NCBI RefSeq assembly: GCF_963506605.1
Contig: NC_083276.1
Span: 128,340,001-128,404,000, forward strand
DNA from: Zootoca vivipara
Taxonomy: Eukaryota
Direction: 5' to 3'
Length of the DNA stretch: 64,000 bases
The notes under the pieces: model-generated
The model's input: only the letters and a program-made list of their open reading frames with translations
The model's database searches: none
Told to the model about the DNA's origin: nothing
Position numbers and translations under genes: made by a program
Shown here: piece by piece, positions 60,859-64,000 of the stretch
Position numbering within the stretch: position 1 is the first letter of the stretch
Layout of the letters: each line of letters starts with the position of its first letter

Positions 60859-63048
60859 AAAACCTTTTGAGAACACCACGATGTCCCAGGAGCTGCCTGC
60901 AGTCCGTCCTGAGTAACAGTTCAGCTCTGCGGCACTGCGAGGCGACTACAGCACCATTCAGTGGTAGCGTGTTGTTATTAGGTGGTCACGTGACTCAGAG
61001 GAAGAAGCGCAGCTCATCAGCTGCACCTGGAGGTGATTCTCAAAAGAAGTCATCAGATACGCTTCAGTGGACAAAGGAATCGGAGCAGGTTGTTAAAGAG
61101 TATATTGAAGTCGGTCAGGTTGGTGAGCGTTTGGCACCGGACACCAATAATAAAAGCTATGAGATGATCAAAGCCAATGAAACCACAGCTGTAAAAAAAG
61201 TGAGTATGGGGAATGCGCACAGGAGCTCTTCTGCTTTCAGGCAGCTGAAAGGACACTTGGATAATGATAACAGTGGAAGGAGGAGTACTTTTGTGGTAGT
61301 ACCATACAAAACCTCCGAATCGAACAATAGCGTGATGACAATTCCTGAGCCTGCACGTCACACTGAAGAGTCAAGTCAAGTCGATTCTCTGGAAGAAAGA
61401 CTGCCACTGAACAGCTGCGGTCAGAAGGAGGCAGATAGTACCCAGCACCGTGATAAAGGCAGAAGTTGCAGGCTGACATGTGTAGTGCACCAGACTATTC
61501 CAAAGCAGGTAGATGACTGCAACACTTTGACTCGGGAAATTGAAAAAAGAACATTCTTGGAAAAAATGAAGAATTCAGAAAGTCAGTTCCAAAATCCAGA
61601 TACTATCTCATTAAGCAATAAACTACAAGATAAAAAGAGCAGTGCCTGCAATGTGAAACATACTCCCCAGTGTTCTGATAAAAACAGGGATTGCAGAAGG
61701 ACCTATGTAGTGGATCAGACTTCTCTAAGCAATGTAGATGAACGCAGTGCTTTGATCCAGGAAACAAAAAAAAGAACATTCTTGGAAAAAATGAAGAATC
61801 TAGAAAGTCAGTTCCAAAGTGTAGAGTCTAGCTCTATATTAGATGGAAAAAGCTATGCCTGCAATGTGAAGCATACTCCCCCATGTTCTGATAAAACCAG
61901 GAGTTGTAGAAGGACCTCTGTGTTAGAGCCAGGTCCTTTAGATTATCAGAACAATTGTGCTCCCATTGCACATGAAGGAAATGCACCCTCGGAAAACTTA
62001 GAGGATCGAGGAATTGTGTTCCGAAGTCCGGAGTTTAGCTTGTTAAGCAACAAAGCACCACTGCATGCTCTTGCTACAAAACAGTCGATTGGTTTCCAAA
62101 AGCAGATTCCTGGCGAAGAAGCAACACTGGATCTGAATGTGAAGCATAAAAAGCCCAGGAAGAAGACCCAGGAAATTTGTTTACAACAGGAGATCAATGA
62201 GATGGAGCTACTGCAGCCTCAAGAAACCAAGGCTAAAGGAGGCCACAAACACAAAACAGTTAAAGCGGGCAAGGATAATGCAGGGATCGAACATGGGGAA
62301 ACGGACATGGGTCTGAGTGCTCAAAGAGTCAATAAAAGGAAGAGAAAGAATTTGAGTCTCACTTCTCAATCGACAAGTCAAGCAGATGCAACCCCCGTTT
62401 TCTCTCCAGGAAATGCGCGTTCTGCATTTCGAGGTTCATTGACTGGTGATGCTCCTCCTAACAGTGACTGTAGGAACTCTGCTAACACAGTCCCAAAGGT
62501 TCAGGGTTCCTCGACTATTGAGAACATTTCTTCTTCAAGCAAAACAAAGAGTGGCTCCTCAGACAAGAAATCTTGGGGTGTCAACAGTCCTGTGGTTCCC
62601 TGGAAGAAAGACTTCACCCTGAAGTTAAACAAGAGAGCACACACGGTAAATGATATGTCAAAAGAGAATGTTGCTTCTGTTTTTGCCCTTCAGAACTCAG
62701 AGGAACGTGAAATCACTTCAGCAGATCAGGTAGGATGTCTGTCTCTCCACGTTTCAGGTTCCAGGACTCTGCAAGATTCCTTCCATAAGGATCTTCCTAA
62801 GGCTTCACCTCTGGCTGATTCTGTGGCTGTATGTCCCAAAACTCCTGAGTCTTCTGCAGTTGGTCTTTCTAAGACCACCTTACCTCGTTCTTGTAGTTCT
62901 GTTCAGTTACATTATGCACTTCAAAATCAGGTGCCCAAAGTCTCAACAGCCTTAAAAAATGATTCAAAGCAAGTGGCTTCTGGCAGATGTGAGAAAAAGA
63001 CAGCACATGCAATTCCTGAAACCTTGCAAAACACAGCACAAGGAAAAG
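60859..63048 (+). CDS. SGO2: Shugoshin 2, large central exon; the C-terminal SGO motif is not seen in the window
   Basis: 730-codon open frame, phase-1 acceptor ttgtag| (an in-phase alternative lies at 60982), HVTQRKKR motif, donor AAG|gtgagt after 63048. Confidence 0.85.
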
Positions 63049-64000
63049 GTGAGTGATGAAAAGGGGCTGTTGATGTTCAATAGGTGAATTGCGGTGGGGG
63101 GCATGAAGCCCTCCATCTAAATCTCAGCATTCACCTCTTTCTGTGTGCAAATCTCTGCACTCCTATTGGGTTCGCTTGATTAAGCTAATCTGCAGGTCCG
63201 GTTTTCTCTCCCAACCAGCCCAGAGCTTTTATTGCTCGGCACCTAAAATGAAAGCTAGACTGCAGTACAGTATAGTGGCAGCTCACTGTGAGAAAGCTCA
63301 GGAAAGCAAATGGCCTATGGTTGGATGGAAGTTTGCCCTATACATGTGCTAGACTTTTGTCAATGCAAAAAGTAAAGAAACAGGTGGTTTTTTACTTGTT
63401 TTCTTCGCCATGATTGGAGGGGGATGGAAGTCCAGCTAAGAAACCTGGTAGCTGCTTTGTGCTCCCTTACAATATCCATAAATTGCCCAAAGCCAAGAAT
63501 CAAAGATGCAAGCAAAGGATAGTGTGCTGGTTTTTTCTCCTGCTTTTTAAGCTTGCGTGAAGGGGGTGTTTCTTGAACATTATTAGGTATTAAGGCCATG
63601 TCCACAAAGGAGCTTCCTTTGCTGCTGTGCTTGTGCTTTAAGCAGAAGAGGAGAAGTATGGGAAGCAATATTTATGTTAAAGAGGTGTCCTGGAATCCAG
63701 GGATGTTTTGCACAAGTTGCATGTGTGCTGCATATGTGAATATCTGAATGATACCTTGTTTAGGAAATAAACCTGCACCTTTGGGAACAGGAGAACATTA
63801 GTAACCACTTGCTGTTGGGAACCATGTGGAATTTAAACTACTGCTTTTAAAATAAAACCCAATTTGGTAGCCAATCAGGCATAACATTTAACTCTCAATT
63901 GACTGGATATTCTGAGTTTATTTATTTTTAATAGGTTTAACATGGAGTCCCAGTGTAGCTTAAGCAGTGATCAATTCCTGACTCTTCACAGAGGACAAGG

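Noticed and set aside
63935-64000. Possible next SGO2 exon after ttttaatag
   Set aside because: The required phase 1 reaches TAA after 8 codons and no SGO C-terminal motif is visible.

Overview
Vertebrate genomic DNA, most likely a squamate (lacertid-type lizard), judged from Sauria SINEs together with BovB, CR1, L2, Penelope-like and hAT/Tc1 repeats. Three genes are supported: the 5' part of PLEKHM3 (minus strand, CpG-island promoter near 21.7-22.2 kb, coding exons 12698-13286 and 6434-7360); a complete 7-exon C2orf80 orthologue (minus strand, 49460 to 40898, 177 aa) that the ORF track only partly shows; and the 5' part of shugoshin 2 (SGO2, plus strand), head-to-head with C2orf80. The standout feature is a very young Ty1/copia LTR retrotransposon (29966-34936, minus strand, TTTCA target-site duplication). 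It has an uninterrupted gag-pol ORF, a half-tRNA-iMet type primer-binding site, an apparent in-frame deletion of most of the Gag capsid region, and LTRs identical over 400 bp but different at their U5 tips. Other notable items: no gamma-crystallin genes where mammals have the CRYG cluster, a perfect 61-bp hairpin built from an L1 end, Penelope-type hammerhead ribozyme relics, a candidate GC-AG intron, and an internal 71-75 aa repeat in SGO2. All gene and repeat names come from recognition and manual translation; no searches were run.
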